Shown here piece after piece: positions 9,018 to 18,890 of a stretch of 64,000 nt of DNA. Origin of the DNA: an uncultured Gemmatimonadales bacterium (lineage in GTDB: Bacteria; Gemmatimonadota; Gemmatimonadetes; Longimicrobiales; RSA9). Position 1 is the stretch's first letter; each line of letters begins with the position of its first letter. Location of the stretch: assembly GCA_963708135.1 (NCBI GenBank), contig OY970192.1, forward strand, positions 1,632,001 through 1,696,000, in the 5' to 3' direction. The notes beneath the pieces are model-generated. The model was not told the DNA's origin. It ran no database searches and saw only the letters and a list, made by a program, of their open reading frames with translations. Made by a program: the position numbers and the translations under genes.

Positions 9018-10565
9018 TCAGCCAGCGGTCCAGCTCCCGCCCCTGGCGCGTCCCTCCATCTCGCGTTCCGCCTCGAGGCTCTCGAGATCCCGGTAGATCG
9101 TCGCGACCGCGATCCTGCGCCCGTCCTTGACATAGTTGACCGTGCAGTCGCGTGCCGCCGGGTCGCCCTCCACGAGGGCCTCGTCCCAGCCAGGCGCGTG
9201 TCCCACGTAGTTGATGGGCACGTCGTAGTGCTGGCTCCAGAAGAACGGCACGTCGCTGAAGCCGCTGCCCCGGCCGACCATGTCCGCCGCCGCCGCGGCA
9301 CCCTGCCGCTGTGCCACCACCCAGTGCTCGATGCGTGCGCTCTCGCCACTGACCGGGTCCGGGTAGCGCGCGATGTCGCCGGCCGCCCAGATACCGGGGA
9401 CGCTCGTGCGCAGCCGACCATCGACCCTCACGCCATCCGCGACCTCCAGCCCGGCCGCCCGCGCCAGCTCCACGACGGGACGGACGCCGATCCCCACCAC
9501 GATGAGATCCGCGGCGAGCGACGTGCCGTCGTCCAGCTCCACGCCGCTCCCGCCCACGCGCCCCACCGTGCGGCCGAGCTGGAAGCGGACCCCGTGCTCC
9601 TCGTGCAGCGAGCGGATGGCCGCGCCCAGCGCCCGCCCCAGCACGTGCTCGAGCGGGACCTCCTCCGGCGCGACCACGTCCACTTCCAGCCCCCGTGCGC
9701 GCAGCGACGCCGCCACCTCGAGCCCGATGAAGCTGGCCCCCACCACCACGGCGCGCCGCGCCCGCTCCGCCGCGGCGATGATCGCGCGGCTGTCCGCCAG
9801 GGAGCGGAGGTAGTGCACGCGGGGATCGTCCGCGCCGGGCGCCGGCAGGCGCACGGGCGCGGCGCCCGTGGCGAGCAGCAGCGCGTCGTACTCGAGCACC
9901 CCCCCACCTGCCAGACGCACCCGCCTCGCCTCCGGCTCCACCGCCTCCGCCGCCGAACGGTGCACCCTCACACCGTGCTCCTCGTACCAGCCCTCCGGGC
10001 GCAGGGGAATCCACTCCTCCGGCGCGCTCCCGGCCAGGTAGTCCTTCGAGAGGTTCGGCCGATCGTAGGGCGCCGACGGCTCCGGCTCGACCACGTCGAT
10101 GCGCCCGCCCCAGCCGTGCCGCAAGAGCGCCTCGACCGCCGCGGAGCCCGCCGCCCCGAAGCCCACGACCACCACGCGCTCCACGGGCTCCGCGGCGCCG
10201 GCGGCGCGCGGCCGGTAGGTCGCGGGCTCCAGCTTCTCTGCCAACCGGACGGTGTCTCCCTCACGCACCACCCGCCAGGTCGGCACCGGGTTCAGCGCCG
10301 GGGCGCGCAGGCTCTCTCCCGTTCGCAGCGAGAAGCACGCGTGATGCCACGGGCAGCGCACCGTGCCCTCCCCCACCAGCCCCTCGCCCAGCGGACCGCC
10401 GTAATGGGTGCACGTGCCACCCACCGCGGTCACCTCGTCCCCCTCGCGGTAGAGCAGGACCGCCTCCCCTCCCGCGTGCCCCACGAGGATCCCACCATCC
10501 GGGATCTCGGCGAACGCCACGCCCGCGGTCAGGTCCGGTCCGCTCGCCCCGGTCGTCTCTGCCAT
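9018..10565 (-). CDS. Rieske [2Fe-2S] / FAD-dependent NAD(P)H oxidoreductase fusion (AIF-like ferredoxin reductase)
   Basis: CTHYGGPL...CPWHHACF Rieske motif; GFGAAG, PYDRPNLSK, GASFIGLE, WAAGDIA, VPFFWSQHY. Confidence 0.92.
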   Translation of the reverse strand: MAETTGASGPDLTAGVAFAEIPDGGILVGHAGGEAVLLYREGDEVTAVGGTCTHYGGPLGEGLVGEGTVRCPWHHACFSLRTGESLRAPALNPVPTWRVVREGDTVRLAEKLEPATYRPRAAGAAEPVERVVVVGFGAAGSAAVEALLRHGWGGRIDVVEPEPSAPYDRPNLSKDYLAGSAPEEWIPLRPEGWYEEHGVRVHRSAAEAVEPEARRVRLAGGGVLEYDALLLATGAAPVRLPAPGADDPRVHYLRSLADSRAIIAAAERARRAVVVGASFIGLEVAASLRARGLEVDVVAPEEVPLEHVLGRALGAAIRSLHEEHGVRFQLGRTVGRVGGSGVELDDGTSLAADLIVVGIGVRPVVELARAAGLEVADGVRVDGRLRTSVPGIWAAGDIARYPDPVSGESARIEHWVVAQRQGAAAAADMVGRGSGFSDVPFFWSQHYDVPINYVGHAPGWDEALVEGDPAARDCTVNYVKDGRRIAVATIYRDLESLEAEREMEGRARGGSWTAG

Positions 10566-10699
10566 GCCTTCGCCTCCTGGTCGGAACGTCCTCGCACTGA
10601 TACCAGAAGGAAAAGACAGGGTGGCCGCGTGGAGTGCCCGGCGGCCAACGCCGGCGCGCCCCCGCCAGGGTAGCGTGTGGCACCGCGGGGAGGCGCCCG

Positions 10700-10934
10700 G
10701 CTGCGTCATCGTGCTGTCGAAGTCCGGCTCGAGCAGCGCCACCTGACCGCCGGGCCGCAGGACCCTGGCCATCTCGGCGATCGCCGCCGCCGGCCGCGGG
10801 AGGTGCAGCAACGCCGGCGAGCAGAGCGCCCGATCGAGGGAGGCGTCGGAATGCCCACCACGGTCAGACCCTGTGCGCTCGCGGCCCCGTCAGCTCGTGC
10901 TCTGCAGGTACGTGTGCCCGCTCGTGGGGTCCAT
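10700..10934 (-). pseudogene. Deleted class I SAM methyltransferase remnant
   Basis: RBS + ATG (MDPTSGHTYLQSTS*), then DASLDRALCSPALLHLPRPAAAIAEMARVLRPGGQVALLEPDFD. The SAM-binding GxG motif is missing. Confidence 0.6.
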
Positions 10935-11111
10935 CTTCACCTCCCACCGCGCAGACGCTCGCCGCTTCATCCGTGCTGCCGGTGCCGGTGTACTTGGCCA
11001 AGGGTGGCGTCGGCGAAAGCGCCGCCGCGGGCTGGCCCGCTGGGCTGACGGGCGCGCGCCGGCATCCAACCTGCGGTGACACCCAAAAGAACTCGATCAC
11101 GGAGACGGAGA

Positions 11112-11483
11112 ATGAAACTAGCCGCAATCCGCTGGCTCGCGCTGCTCGGGCTCGCCGCCCTGTGCGCCGGCTGCTTCGGTTTTCTGGGGGGCGGGCCCAA
11201 GATGCACGCAGCGGTGCTCGTTTCCAACGACCTGGTCCCGCCGGCCCGTATGACCATCGAGCTGCGAAAGGACGGGAAGAAGAAGGCGACGTTGGGCGAC
11301 GTGTCCCCCGGCGACACTCGGACGCTGACATATTCCTCCGGGGACCTGTCCGGCTCGTACCAGCTCGTGGCCCGTCAGGTCAGCGGCGCCGCGTTGACCT
11401 CGCGCAATTTCGCGCTGTTCGACAACGCCCGGATCCGGTGGGAGCTCCGCGGCAACGACCTGTCCGTGCTGCAGGGACAGTGA
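11112..11483 (+). CDS. Hypothetical lipoprotein
   Basis: RBS GGAG; basic N-terminus, hydrophobic core, CAGC lipobox-like site; beta-rich mature part. Confidence 0.7.
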   Translation: MKLAAIRWLALLGLAALCAGCFGFLGGGPKMHAAVLVSNDLVPPARMTIELRKDGKKKATLGDVSPGDTRTLTYSSGDLSGSYQLVARQVSGAALTSRNFALFDNARIRWELRGNDLSVLQGQ

Positions 11484-11663
11484 AGGGCCGCGGCGGGTGC
11501 CGCGGCCATTGTATCCCCGGTACCCGCAGCGCCGCTCCGTGATCGGTCGAGTAGCTCACTTGAAAACTCCTGCGCGTGCTCGTCGTATACGTCCCGACCC
11601 GCCGCCCGGCTGTGATGGAAGGCGACCTCGGCCCGCGCATGATCGACTCGGCGCGGAGGACGC

Positions 11664-12085
11664 ATGGCTGAGCTCCAGGCTTCGTCTGCTCGGCCGCGTC
11701 CAGCTCTCGGCGCACGAGAGTGGCGGCGAACGTCTGATCGCGTTGGCGCCCAAGCCGCTGGCGCTGCTGGTGGACCTCGCCGCGGCGGGCGCGGATGGCC
11801 GGGCGATCCGGCGCGACACACTGCTCGCCCTCTTCTGGCCCGAGCTGCCGACCGCTCGGCCTCGCGCCGTCCTGCGCCAGTTGCTGTTTCATCTGCGCCG
11901 GGCGCTGGGCGCCGCTGCGCTCCGCACGGATCGGCAGAGCATCGCGTTGGCGCACGACGCGCTGTCGTACGATGTGGTCGCCTTCGAGCAGGCACTGGCG
12001 AGGGACTCGACCGCTACTACGCGGACGACGCACACGAGAGCGCCCGGCTGATGAACGCGGCGCTTGCGGAGGACAGATCGTGCCC
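11664..12085 (+). pseudogene. AfsR/SARP (BTAD) transcriptional regulator remnant
   Basis: RBS GGAGG + MAELQ, frameshift, then LRLLGRVQL...PKPLALL...[12 protein letters not shown]...[13 protein letters not shown]...DVVAFEQAL; then another frame gives a TPR-like piece [24 protein letters not shown]. Confidence 0.7.
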
Positions 12086-12192
12086 CCGGCCTCGAGCAGC
12101 AGCACGCGTACGCTTCGGTCTTCCGACAGACGCGCTGCCACCACACAGCCGGCGGACCCGGCGCCGACGACCACGTAGTCGAACGTCTCCAA
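12079..12192 (-). pseudogene. GMC oxidoreductase N-terminal remnant
   Basis: [36 protein letters not shown]; homology stops abruptly after about 38 codons. Confidence 0.75.
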
Positions 12193-12349
12193 TCTCTTGT
12201 CTCCGGAGCGTGGAGGGGATGGCAGTCGCGAAGTCCTGAGCGAGCGACGGCGCCGTCTGCATGGGTGCGATCATGTCCTCGGCGCGCCCGGCCCGCACAA
12301 GGTAGCACGCACAGCACTGTTGCGCGCTCCGCCGATGGACAGGAGCGCA

Positions 12350-12430
12350 CGCGCGACGCTCCGCTCGCGCGACGCTCCGCTCGCGCGACGCTCCGCCCGC
12401 GCGACGCTCCGCCCGCGCGAGGCGGAGCGC
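12350..12430. repeat. 16-bp tandem repeat x4.4 ending in a hairpin
   Basis: CGCGCGACGCTCCGCY at 12350, 12366, 12382 and 12398, then GGCGGAGC complementary to the repeat core; abuts the OmpA stop codon. Confidence 0.85.
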
Positions 12431-13462
12431 CTACCGGGCGACGAGCTCGACCCGTCGATTCCTGGCGCGGCCCTGTTCCGTGGCGTTGGATGCGACGGGC
12501 GCGAGCGGGCCGACGCCCCACGGCGAGAGGCGACGGGCGTCAACGCCGTAGTGCGCGACCAGGGCATCGACGACCGCGCGGGCGCGAGCTTCCGACAGCG
12601 CGCGGTTCCTCTCGACGGTTCCGGTGTTGTCGGTGTGGCCGACGACGAACAGGCGGAGGTCCGGCTGCTGGCGAAGCAGTTCGCCGATCTGCATGAGCAC
12701 CGGCCCGGACGCGGGTTTGAGGTCGGCGCGGTCGGTGTCGAAGTAGATGCCGTAGACGGAGACGCTGCCCTTCGCGTTGATGTCGCGCGCCATCGCGGCG
12801 GCATCGGCGGTGACCAGATCCTCCTCCATCGGCTTGACCTCCACGATGTCGAGTTGCGTCAACGGCTTCTTCAGGTTGAGCACGAGCAGCGAGACGTACA
12901 CATCGCCATCGGGTCCATGCAGACGCCCGGCGAGGTAGCGCTGCCCCTCATACACGGGGCCGGAGAGGTTCATTCCGGCCCGGTGCATGATCCCTTTCGC
13001 GAACGTGTTCAGATAGTCACCGCACAGTCTGCAGGCGGGCGGAGGCGCCTTGCCGGCACATTCGCGGCCGGCGCACTGGAAGATCGCCTCGAGGCGCGCG
13101 CCCTTCAGCGCACGCTCGTAACTCCTGAGGATCTCGAGCGTGGTGCTGTTCTGCGGCGCCTCGTAGGTGATCATCGTCAGCCGGCCCTCCACGGGCCGGC
13201 TGTTGCGACCGTCGATCACAGCCGCCACGGGCTCTGCCCTGATGCCGCTCCTGTAGCCGTTGATCGGCTTCGTCACGAGGCGATACTGGTCGAAGTCGGA
13301 GGATCGATACTTGACGATCCTGCTTCCCTGGAAGCGGGACACGAGCGGGTGGTCGCTCGAGCCCGCGACGTCCTGGGCGTGCGTGGCGACCGGTGGAGCG
13401 AGGAGCAGCGCGAGGCCGAATACGACGCCGGAGCTGCGCGAGGGGATGCGGGGACGCGGCAT
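12431..13462 (-). CDS. DUF4892-like / OmpA family peptidoglycan-binding protein
   Basis: Signal peptide THA-QD; DHPLVSRF; C-terminal IYFDTDRADLK...VVGHTDN...LSEARA...RNRRVEL. Confidence 0.88.
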   Translation of the reverse strand: MPRPRIPSRSSGVVFGLALLLAPPVATHAQDVAGSSDHPLVSRFQGSRIVKYRSSDFDQYRLVTKPINGYRSGIRAEPVAAVIDGRNSRPVEGRLTMITYEAPQNSTTLEILRSYERALKGARLEAIFQCAGRECAGKAPPPACRLCGDYLNTFAKGIMHRAGMNLSGPVYEGQRYLAGRLHGPDGDVYVSLLVLNLKKPLTQLDIVEVKPMEEDLVTADAAAMARDINAKGSVSVYGIYFDTDRADLKPASGPVLMQIGELLRQQPDLRLFVVGHTDNTGTVERNRALSEARARAVVDALVAHYGVDARRLSPWGVGPLAPVASNATEQGRARNRRVELVAR

Positions 13463-13689
13463 GACCTGAACCTCCTGGCAGAGGGTGAGCCGGCGGGAGG
13501 AAGGCACCAGAAGCAGCATCGTGCGGATCTTGCCATGGTACGTCCGGGACGGCGGGTCCCGCAAGCGACCCGTCCGCGGCCCGGTGGCGGACGGTCGGTC
13601 CGGTGCCTGCAAAACCGGTGTCGGGGGGGACACCACGGGGCACTACGGGTGAGGGAACTGCGGGGCCACCGCTGCGGCCCTACCACCCG

Positions 13690-13721
13690 CGGGAGTGGGA
13701 GAGCGCGCTCTCCCACTCCCG
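13690..13721. terminator. Perfect 32-bp palindrome, probable terminator hairpin
   Basis: CGGGAGTGGGAGAGCGCGCTCTCCCACTCCCG, 5 bp past the stop of the minus-strand gene ending at 13727; no U-tract. Confidence 0.55.
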
Positions 13722-13726
13722 GGCAT

Positions 13727-14155
13727 TCAGCCGATCATCTTGCCGAGCCGGTAGGCGGCCCACATGGCCACGCCGAGGCTCAGGAAGGGGTGCTGCCGGA
13801 TGGTGCCCTGGAGGCCGTTGCGCATCGCGGAGACGTCGTGGCTGCGCAGGTAGCCGGCGCCGCTCTCGAGCACATCGCTGCCACCGCGCACGACGTTGGC
13901 GGCGGCGCGGCCGACGAAGTTGCCCTGGCTCTCCATCCGGGTGGCACGCCGCTCGAGCTCGTCGCCCAGGTTCTCGATGCGTCCGGCCACGCGACTCTTG
14001 CCCGATTCGACCACGTCGTTGGCGTGGCTCTTCAGGCGTGAGCCGAGGCCGTTGCCATCGCCGGCGTGGCGGTGGTGGACGGTGGTGCCGGGGTCCTGTG
14101 ACCCCATCTCCATGCGGCTCGGCCGGATGGTCTCGGCGCTGCGATCCTCGGTCAT
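13727..14155 (-). CDS. Tail-anchored YqjD/ElaB (DUF883)-like protein
   Basis: RBS AGGAG; helical hydrophilic body; C-terminal IRQHPFLSLGVAMWAAYRLGKMIG. Confidence 0.65.
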   Translation of the reverse strand: MTEDRSAETIRPSRMEMGSQDPGTTVHHRHAGDGNGLGSRLKSHANDVVESGKSRVAGRIENLGDELERRATRMESQGNFVGRAAANVVRGGSDVLESGAGYLRSHDVSAMRNGLQGTIRQHPFLSLGVAMWAAYRLGKMIG

Positions 14156-14275
14156 CTGGCTGCTCCTGCTCGAGGTGAAGCTCGCGCGCCCGCACGGCGC
14201 GCTCCCCGGACTGCATCGGAGCAAGAGACGTACCTCGGACGCCCCCGGGCGGCCACACCGCAAACCCGTGCGGCC

Positions 14276-14518
14276 TCACACGATGCGATGTCCTTCGAGG
14301 TCGAAGACGGAGAGCGCGTCGGAGGGGCAGACGTCGCAGGCCACGACAAGGCGGTCGCGCGGCGGCTCCGCGAGGTCCGCGCGGAAGCGGCACACCCCGT
14401 TCTCGTCCAGCTCGAAGACCTCGGGCGCCATGTCGATGCAGTCGCCGTACGCCAGGCAGGCGCGGCGATCGATGCGCACCACGAGGTCGCCTATGCGACG
14501 CTCCAGCGTCGGCTCCAT
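14276..14518 (-). CDS. Single-cluster ferredoxin (probably [3Fe-4S])
   Basis: IDRRACLAYGDCIDMAPEVFELD...ACDVCPSDAL; RBS GGAGG. Confidence 0.85.
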   Translation of the reverse strand: MEPTLERRIGDLVVRIDRRACLAYGDCIDMAPEVFELDENGVCRFRADLAEPPRDRLVVACDVCPSDALSVFDLEGHRIV

Positions 14519-14619
14519 CGGGTTTCCTCCCTCCGCTCCAGCGGGCACGCCGCGGCCGTCCGGCCGGGGCTTCCCGCCGCATTGTTGGCCGTTTTCGGCC
14601 GCTGTATACTACCCTGCGT

Positions 14620-16452
14620 ATGCGGATCAAGTACGTGGATGGCCCCCGGCTCCGACGCGCCCTCCTGGCCGCCTGCGAGTACGCACAGCAGCGGCGGCTC
14701 GAGCTGAACCGGATCAACGTCTTCCCCGTTCCGGATGGCGACACCGGGACCAACCTCTCGCTGACGCTGGGCTCGATCTCCGACCGACTGCGCTGGAACC
14801 GGGAGGAGTCGGTTTCCGCGGTGGCACGCGAGGTGGCGGAGGCCGGTGTGCTGGGCGCCCGCGGCAACTGCGGGATGATCCTCTCGCACTTCCTCCTCGG
14901 GTTCTCGAACAGCGTGGACGGGCGGCGGCGGCTGGGGGCGGCAGACTTCGCGCGGGCGCTGCGCGACGCCGTCGAGCATGTCTACCGCGCGCTCGAGAAG
15001 CCGGTCGAAGGCACCATCGTCACGGTCATGCGGGAGACGGCCGAGGCGGCAGAGGCGCACGAGACGCGCGACTTCGCGGAGCTGCTCGAGGTGCTGCTGG
15101 AGCGGGCACAGGAGGCGCTCGAGCGAACGCCGGAGCTGCTCCCCGCGCTGCGCGCCGCGGGAGTGGTGGACGCGGGCGCGAAGGGGTTCGTCCACCTGCT
15201 CGAGGGGGTCGTCGGCTACATCCACGGCGAGCCCTTCGTGACGCTGGACGCCTGGGCGGCGTTCATGCCGGAGCCGGCGGCCGCGCAGGCGACGGCCGCG
15301 GCGGGACGCGTGGAGCTGGGCGCGGATTCGGAGCGCTACCGCTTCTGCACGGAGGTGCTCGTGCGGGGCGGCGCCCTGCCGGATGAGCGGGCGCTGCGCG
15401 AGCGGCTGCACGGCCGGGGCGACTCGCTGCTCGTGATCCGCACGGGCGATCTGCTCAAGGTTCACATCCATACGGACGATCCGGAGGCGCTCGTCTCGGA
15501 GCTCGGCTCGCACGGCCGGCTGGTGGCGCACAAGGCGGAGGACATGCGCGCGCAGCACGAGGCGATCCGGCGCTCGGCGGGCGCGCACGCTCGGCTGGCG
15601 CGGCGGGCGGTGGCGGTGCTCGCGGACAGCGGCTGCAACCTGCCGGACGAGGTGATCCGGGCGCACGGGATCCACGTGGTGCCGCTCTCGCTCATCTTCG
15701 AGGACCGGGTCTACCGCGACCGGGTGGACATGTCGGCCGAGGACTTCGCGCGCCGGCTGGTGGCCGGCGAGCACGGCACGACGTCGCAGCCGGCGCCGGC
15801 GGCGTTCCTGGAGGCGTATCGCGAGGCCGCGCTCGACGGCGAGAGCGTGGTGGGCGTGCTGCTCGGCTCGGCGCTCTCCGGCACCTACGCGTCGGCGGAG
15901 GCGGCGGCACGCGGCTTCGAGGCCGCGCCCGTCCGGCTGGTGGACTCGCGCGCCGTGTCGCTCTCGCAGGGGCTGCTCACGCTGCTGGCGGCCGAGCTGG
16001 CCGAGGCGGGGCGTGACGCCGAGGCCATCGCCGCGGAGCTGGACCGGGTGCGCGGGCGCTCGGGGTTCGTCTTCACGGTGGACGTGTTCGACAACCTGCT
16101 GCGCTCCGGCCGCGTCGGGCGGGGCAGGGTCTGGCTCGCGGGGCTGCTCGACATCAAGCCGATCCTGGGTCTCGACGCGGACGGGAAGGTGGTCCCGATC
16201 GCGCGGGCGCGCGGGCGGGCGACGGTGCTTCCCCGGCTGCTGGCGGTGCTCGAGGAGAGGATCCCGCGCAACCCGCGCCGGCTCCGCTTCGGCATCGTGC
16301 ACGTGGCGCGCGAGTCGATCGTGGCGGAGATCGCCGCGGCGCTCCGGGAGCGCTGGGGCGAGCGCGAGATCATCAGCGCGCCCGCGAGCCCCGTCATCGC
16401 GACGCACGCCGGTCCGGGCGCCTTCGGCGTGGCCTATCAGGTCGAGGACTAG
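14620..16452 (+). CDS. DAK2 (FakA-like) - DegV (FakB-like) fusion, fatty acid kinase
   Basis: LNRINVFPVPDGDTGTN, GARGNCG, VDAGAKG, FCTE, KVHIHT; DegV motifs TTSQP, SALSGTY, SPVIATHAGPG. Confidence 0.9.
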   Translation: MRIKYVDGPRLRRALLAACEYAQQRRLELNRINVFPVPDGDTGTNLSLTLGSISDRLRWNREESVSAVAREVAEAGVLGARGNCGMILSHFLLGFSNSVDGRRRLGAADFARALRDAVEHVYRALEKPVEGTIVTVMRETAEAAEAHETRDFAELLEVLLERAQEALERTPELLPALRAAGVVDAGAKGFVHLLEGVVGYIHGEPFVTLDAWAAFMPEPAAAQATAAAGRVELGADSERYRFCTEVLVRGGALPDERALRERLHGRGDSLLVIRTGDLLKVHIHTDDPEALVSELGSHGRLVAHKAEDMRAQHEAIRRSAGAHARLARRAVAVLADSGCNLPDEVIRAHGIHVVPLSLIFEDRVYRDRVDMSAEDFARRLVAGEHGTTSQPAPAAFLEAYREAALDGESVVGVLLGSALSGTYASAEAAARGFEAAPVRLVDSRAVSLSQGLLTLLAAELAEAGRDAEAIAAELDRVRGRSGFVFTVDVFDNLLRSGRVGRGRVWLAGLLDIKPILGLDADGKVVPIARARGRATVLPRLLAVLEERIPRNPRRLRFGIVHVARESIVAEIAAALRERWGEREIISAPASPVIATHAGPGAFGVAYQVED

Positions 16453-16462
16453 AGCGGCCTGG

Positions 16463-16849
16463 CTAGCCGACCACGGCGATGGTGTCGATCTCGACCCGCA
16501 CGTTCCTGGGCAGTCCCGCGGCCTGAACGGTCGAGCGCGCCGGCTTGTGGTCGGCGAAGTGGCGGGCGTAGACCTCGTTCATGGCGGCGAAGTCGGCCAT
16601 GTCGGCCAGGAAGACCGTCGTCTTCACGACGCGGTCGAGGCCCGAGCCGGCGGCTTCGAGGACGGCGCGGACGTTGTTCAGCACGCGCTCCGTCTGCGCG
16701 GTCACATCGCCTTCCTCGATCCGGCCGGTGGCGGGATCGAGCGCGATCTGCCCGGCCGTGTAGACCATCCCTGCGGCGACGATCGCCTGGCTGTACGGCC
16801 CGATCGCCGCCGGCGCCGAATCCGTCTCCACCCGCTCGAGCTGCGCCAT
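16463..16849 (-). CDS. ridA: RidA family enamine/imine deaminase
   Basis: APAAIGPYSQA, AGQIALDP, VVKTTVFLADM.DFAAMNEVY, PARSTVQ, VEID. Confidence 0.95.
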   Translation of the reverse strand: MAQLERVETDSAPAAIGPYSQAIVAAGMVYTAGQIALDPATGRIEEGDVTAQTERVLNNVRAVLEAAGSGLDRVVKTTVFLADMADFAAMNEVYARHFADHKPARSTVQAAGLPRNVRVEIDTIAVVG

Positions 16850-16940
16850 CCTGCTTCCCTCCCCCTCTCGAGTGGACCGGCCGTGCTCCGGCCGGCTGCA
16901 GCGCGGAAGCGGAACCGCTCCGCCGCCGCGCGTCGCTCCA

Positions 16941-17963
16941 TCAGATGCCGTGGGGCTCTCCGGCCAGCGCGCGCACCGTGGCGCGCAGCTCCTCCGGCGA
17001 GACCGTGGCCACGCCCGCCTTGCCGACCTCGATCCCGGCCGCGTGGTTGGCGAGCAGCGCCGCCTCGGTCACGTCGGCGCCGGCCGCCAGAGCCACGGCC
17101 ACGGCGGCGGTCACGGTGTCGCCCGCGCCGGAAACGTCGTAGACGGAGCGGGCCAGCGTGGGAATCCGGATGAAGGCGCCCTCCTCCGTCGCCAGCGCCA
17201 TTCCATCCTCGCCCAGGGTGACCATGAGGTGGGTGCAGTCGAGGTGGCGGCGCGTGCGCTCGAGCCACGCTGGCTCATCGGGCAGGACGGGCGCCCGCAG
17301 CGCGTCCTGCAGCTCGGCGCGGTTCGGCTTGAAGACGGTCGCGCCGCGGTAGTCGAAGAAGTGGCGCGCCTTGGGATCGACGACCACCGGGATGCCGCGG
17401 CGCCGGGCCGCATCGAGGGCGGCCTCGATGACCACGGGCACGAGCACCCCCTTGTCGTAGTCCTCCAGCACGACGGCATCGGCGTCGGCGGCCAGCCGCT
17501 CCACGGCGGCGGCGAGCAGCGCGGCGGAGGCCGCATCCACGTCGTCCTCGACCTCGCGATCGTAGCGGGCGACCTGGTGCTGGCGGGTGAGGACGCGGGT
17601 CTTCACGGTCGTGGGCCGGCCCTCGACGGCGAGCAGGCCGGCAACCTCGATGCCGGCCGCGGCGAGGGCGTCGCGCAGGTCGCGCCCCGGGGACTCGGTG
17701 CCGACTGCGCCGACCAGGGCGCAGGAGGCACCGAGCGCCACGACGTTCATGGCGACGTTGGCCGCGCCACCGACCGCGCGCCACTCCTCGAGCACGCGCA
17801 CGACGGGGACGGGCGCCTCGGGCGAGACGCGGGAGACGGAGCCGCGCAGGTAGACGTCGAGCATGAGGTCGCCCACGACCAGAATGCGCGTCCGGGCGCC
17901 CCGCTCCAGGAGCGTCTCCAGACGCGCGGGCGTCAGGCGGTTCACACCGGTCGTCTGCGGCAC
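16941..17963 (-). CDS. rfaE1: D-glycero-beta-D-manno-heptose-7-phosphate kinase (HldA/RfaE domain I)
   Basis: VGDLMLDVY..VSRVSPEAPVPVV, GGAANVA, DYDKG, VDPK, KPNRAE, VYDVSGAGDTV. Confidence 0.92.
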   Translation of the reverse strand: MPQTTGVNRLTPARLETLLERGARTRILVVGDLMLDVYLRGSVSRVSPEAPVPVVRVLEEWRAVGGAANVAMNVVALGASCALVGAVGTESPGRDLRDALAAAGIEVAGLLAVEGRPTTVKTRVLTRQHQVARYDREVEDDVDAASAALLAAAVERLAADADAVVLEDYDKGVLVPVVIEAALDAARRRGIPVVVDPKARHFFDYRGATVFKPNRAELQDALRAPVLPDEPAWLERTRRHLDCTHLMVTLGEDGMALATEEGAFIRIPTLARSVYDVSGAGDTVTAAVAVALAAGADVTEAALLANHAAGIEVGKAGVATVSPEELRATVRALAGEPHGI

Positions 17964-18068
17964 GGAACTTGTGTCCCTCGGGGCGCGCCGAATGGGGAAT
18001 CGGGGGGCCGAAGCTATCGCCCTCCGGCCGGATTGTAAAGCCGAGCGATCCAGTTACTTAGGAGGCCG

Positions 18069-18890
18069 ATGCTGCGCGGCGTGGCCGCCACCGTAGATGA
18101 ACGGATGCAGGGGTTCGCGCTGGGGGTGAACGACTTCTTCACTCTCGGCGCGCGCGCGGTGCGCTTCTTCGTGAGCCGGCCGTTCTACGTGCGCGACGTG
18201 CTCACGCAGATGGACCGGGTCGGCGTGGGCTCGCTGCCGATCATCGTGCTCACGGGGATCTTCTCCGGGATGGTGCTCGCGCTCCAGGGGGCGGAGGAGC
18301 TCGGGCAGTACGGCGCGGCCTCGTTCCTGGGCAGCCTGGTGGGGGCGAGCATGGTGCGCGAGCTGGGCCCGGTGCTCACGGGACTGGGCGTGGCGGGACG
18401 GGTGGGTTCGAGCATCGCGGCGGAGCTGGCCTCGATGCGGGTGGGCGAGCAGATCGATGCGCTGCAGACGTTCGGCACGGATCCGATCCGCAAGCTGGTC
18501 ACGCCCCGCCTCCTGGCCTGCCTGGTCATGGTACCGGTGCTCACGATCGTGATGGACACCGTGGCGATCGTCGGCGGGCTCTTCATCGCCAAGGGAGCCG
18601 GCGGCGTGTCGCCGCAGACGTTCCTGACCGGGATGTGGAGCAGCTTCGCCTTCAGCGGCTTCGTCTTCGGCATCCTGCCACGCGACTTCTTCGGCGGGCT
18701 GCTGAAGCCGTTCGTGTTTGGCGGGGTGCTGGCGCTGGTGGGCGCCTACTACGGGCTGAACGTGAAGGGCGGCGCCGAGTCGGTGGGGACCGCGACGACG
18801 CGGGCCGTGGTGGTGGCGTCGGTGCTGATCTTCGCGCTCGACTACTTCATCACCCAGCTGCTGCTGGTCTTCCTCGGGCCGCCGTCATGA
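18069..18890 (+). CDS. mlaE: MlaE family ABC permease
   Basis: GVGSLPII, VRELGPVLT, AGRVGSSIAAELASMRVGEQIDAL, VGTATTRAVV. Confidence 0.93.
   Translation: MLRGVAATVDERMQGFALGVNDFFTLGARAVRFFVSRPFYVRDVLTQMDRVGVGSLPIIVLTGIFSGMVLALQGAEELGQYGAASFLGSLVGASMVRELGPVLTGLGVAGRVGSSIAAELASMRVGEQIDALQTFGTDPIRKLVTPRLLACLVMVPVLTIVMDTVAIVGGLFIAKGAGGVSPQTFLTGMWSSFAFSGFVFGILPRDFFGGLLKPFVFGGVLALVGAYYGLNVKGGAESVGTATTRAVVVASVLIFALDYFITQLLLVFLGPPS

Noticed and set aside
10880..10934. In-frame TGA in the methyltransferase remnant as selenocysteine
   Set aside because: The TGA is not at a Cys-equivalent position, core motifs are deleted, and I see no convincing SECIS. No selenoprotein was identified in the window.
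12350..12420. Tandem repeats (also 49213-49269) as a CRISPR array
   Set aside because: Units are 13-16 bp with no spacers, and there are no cas genes.
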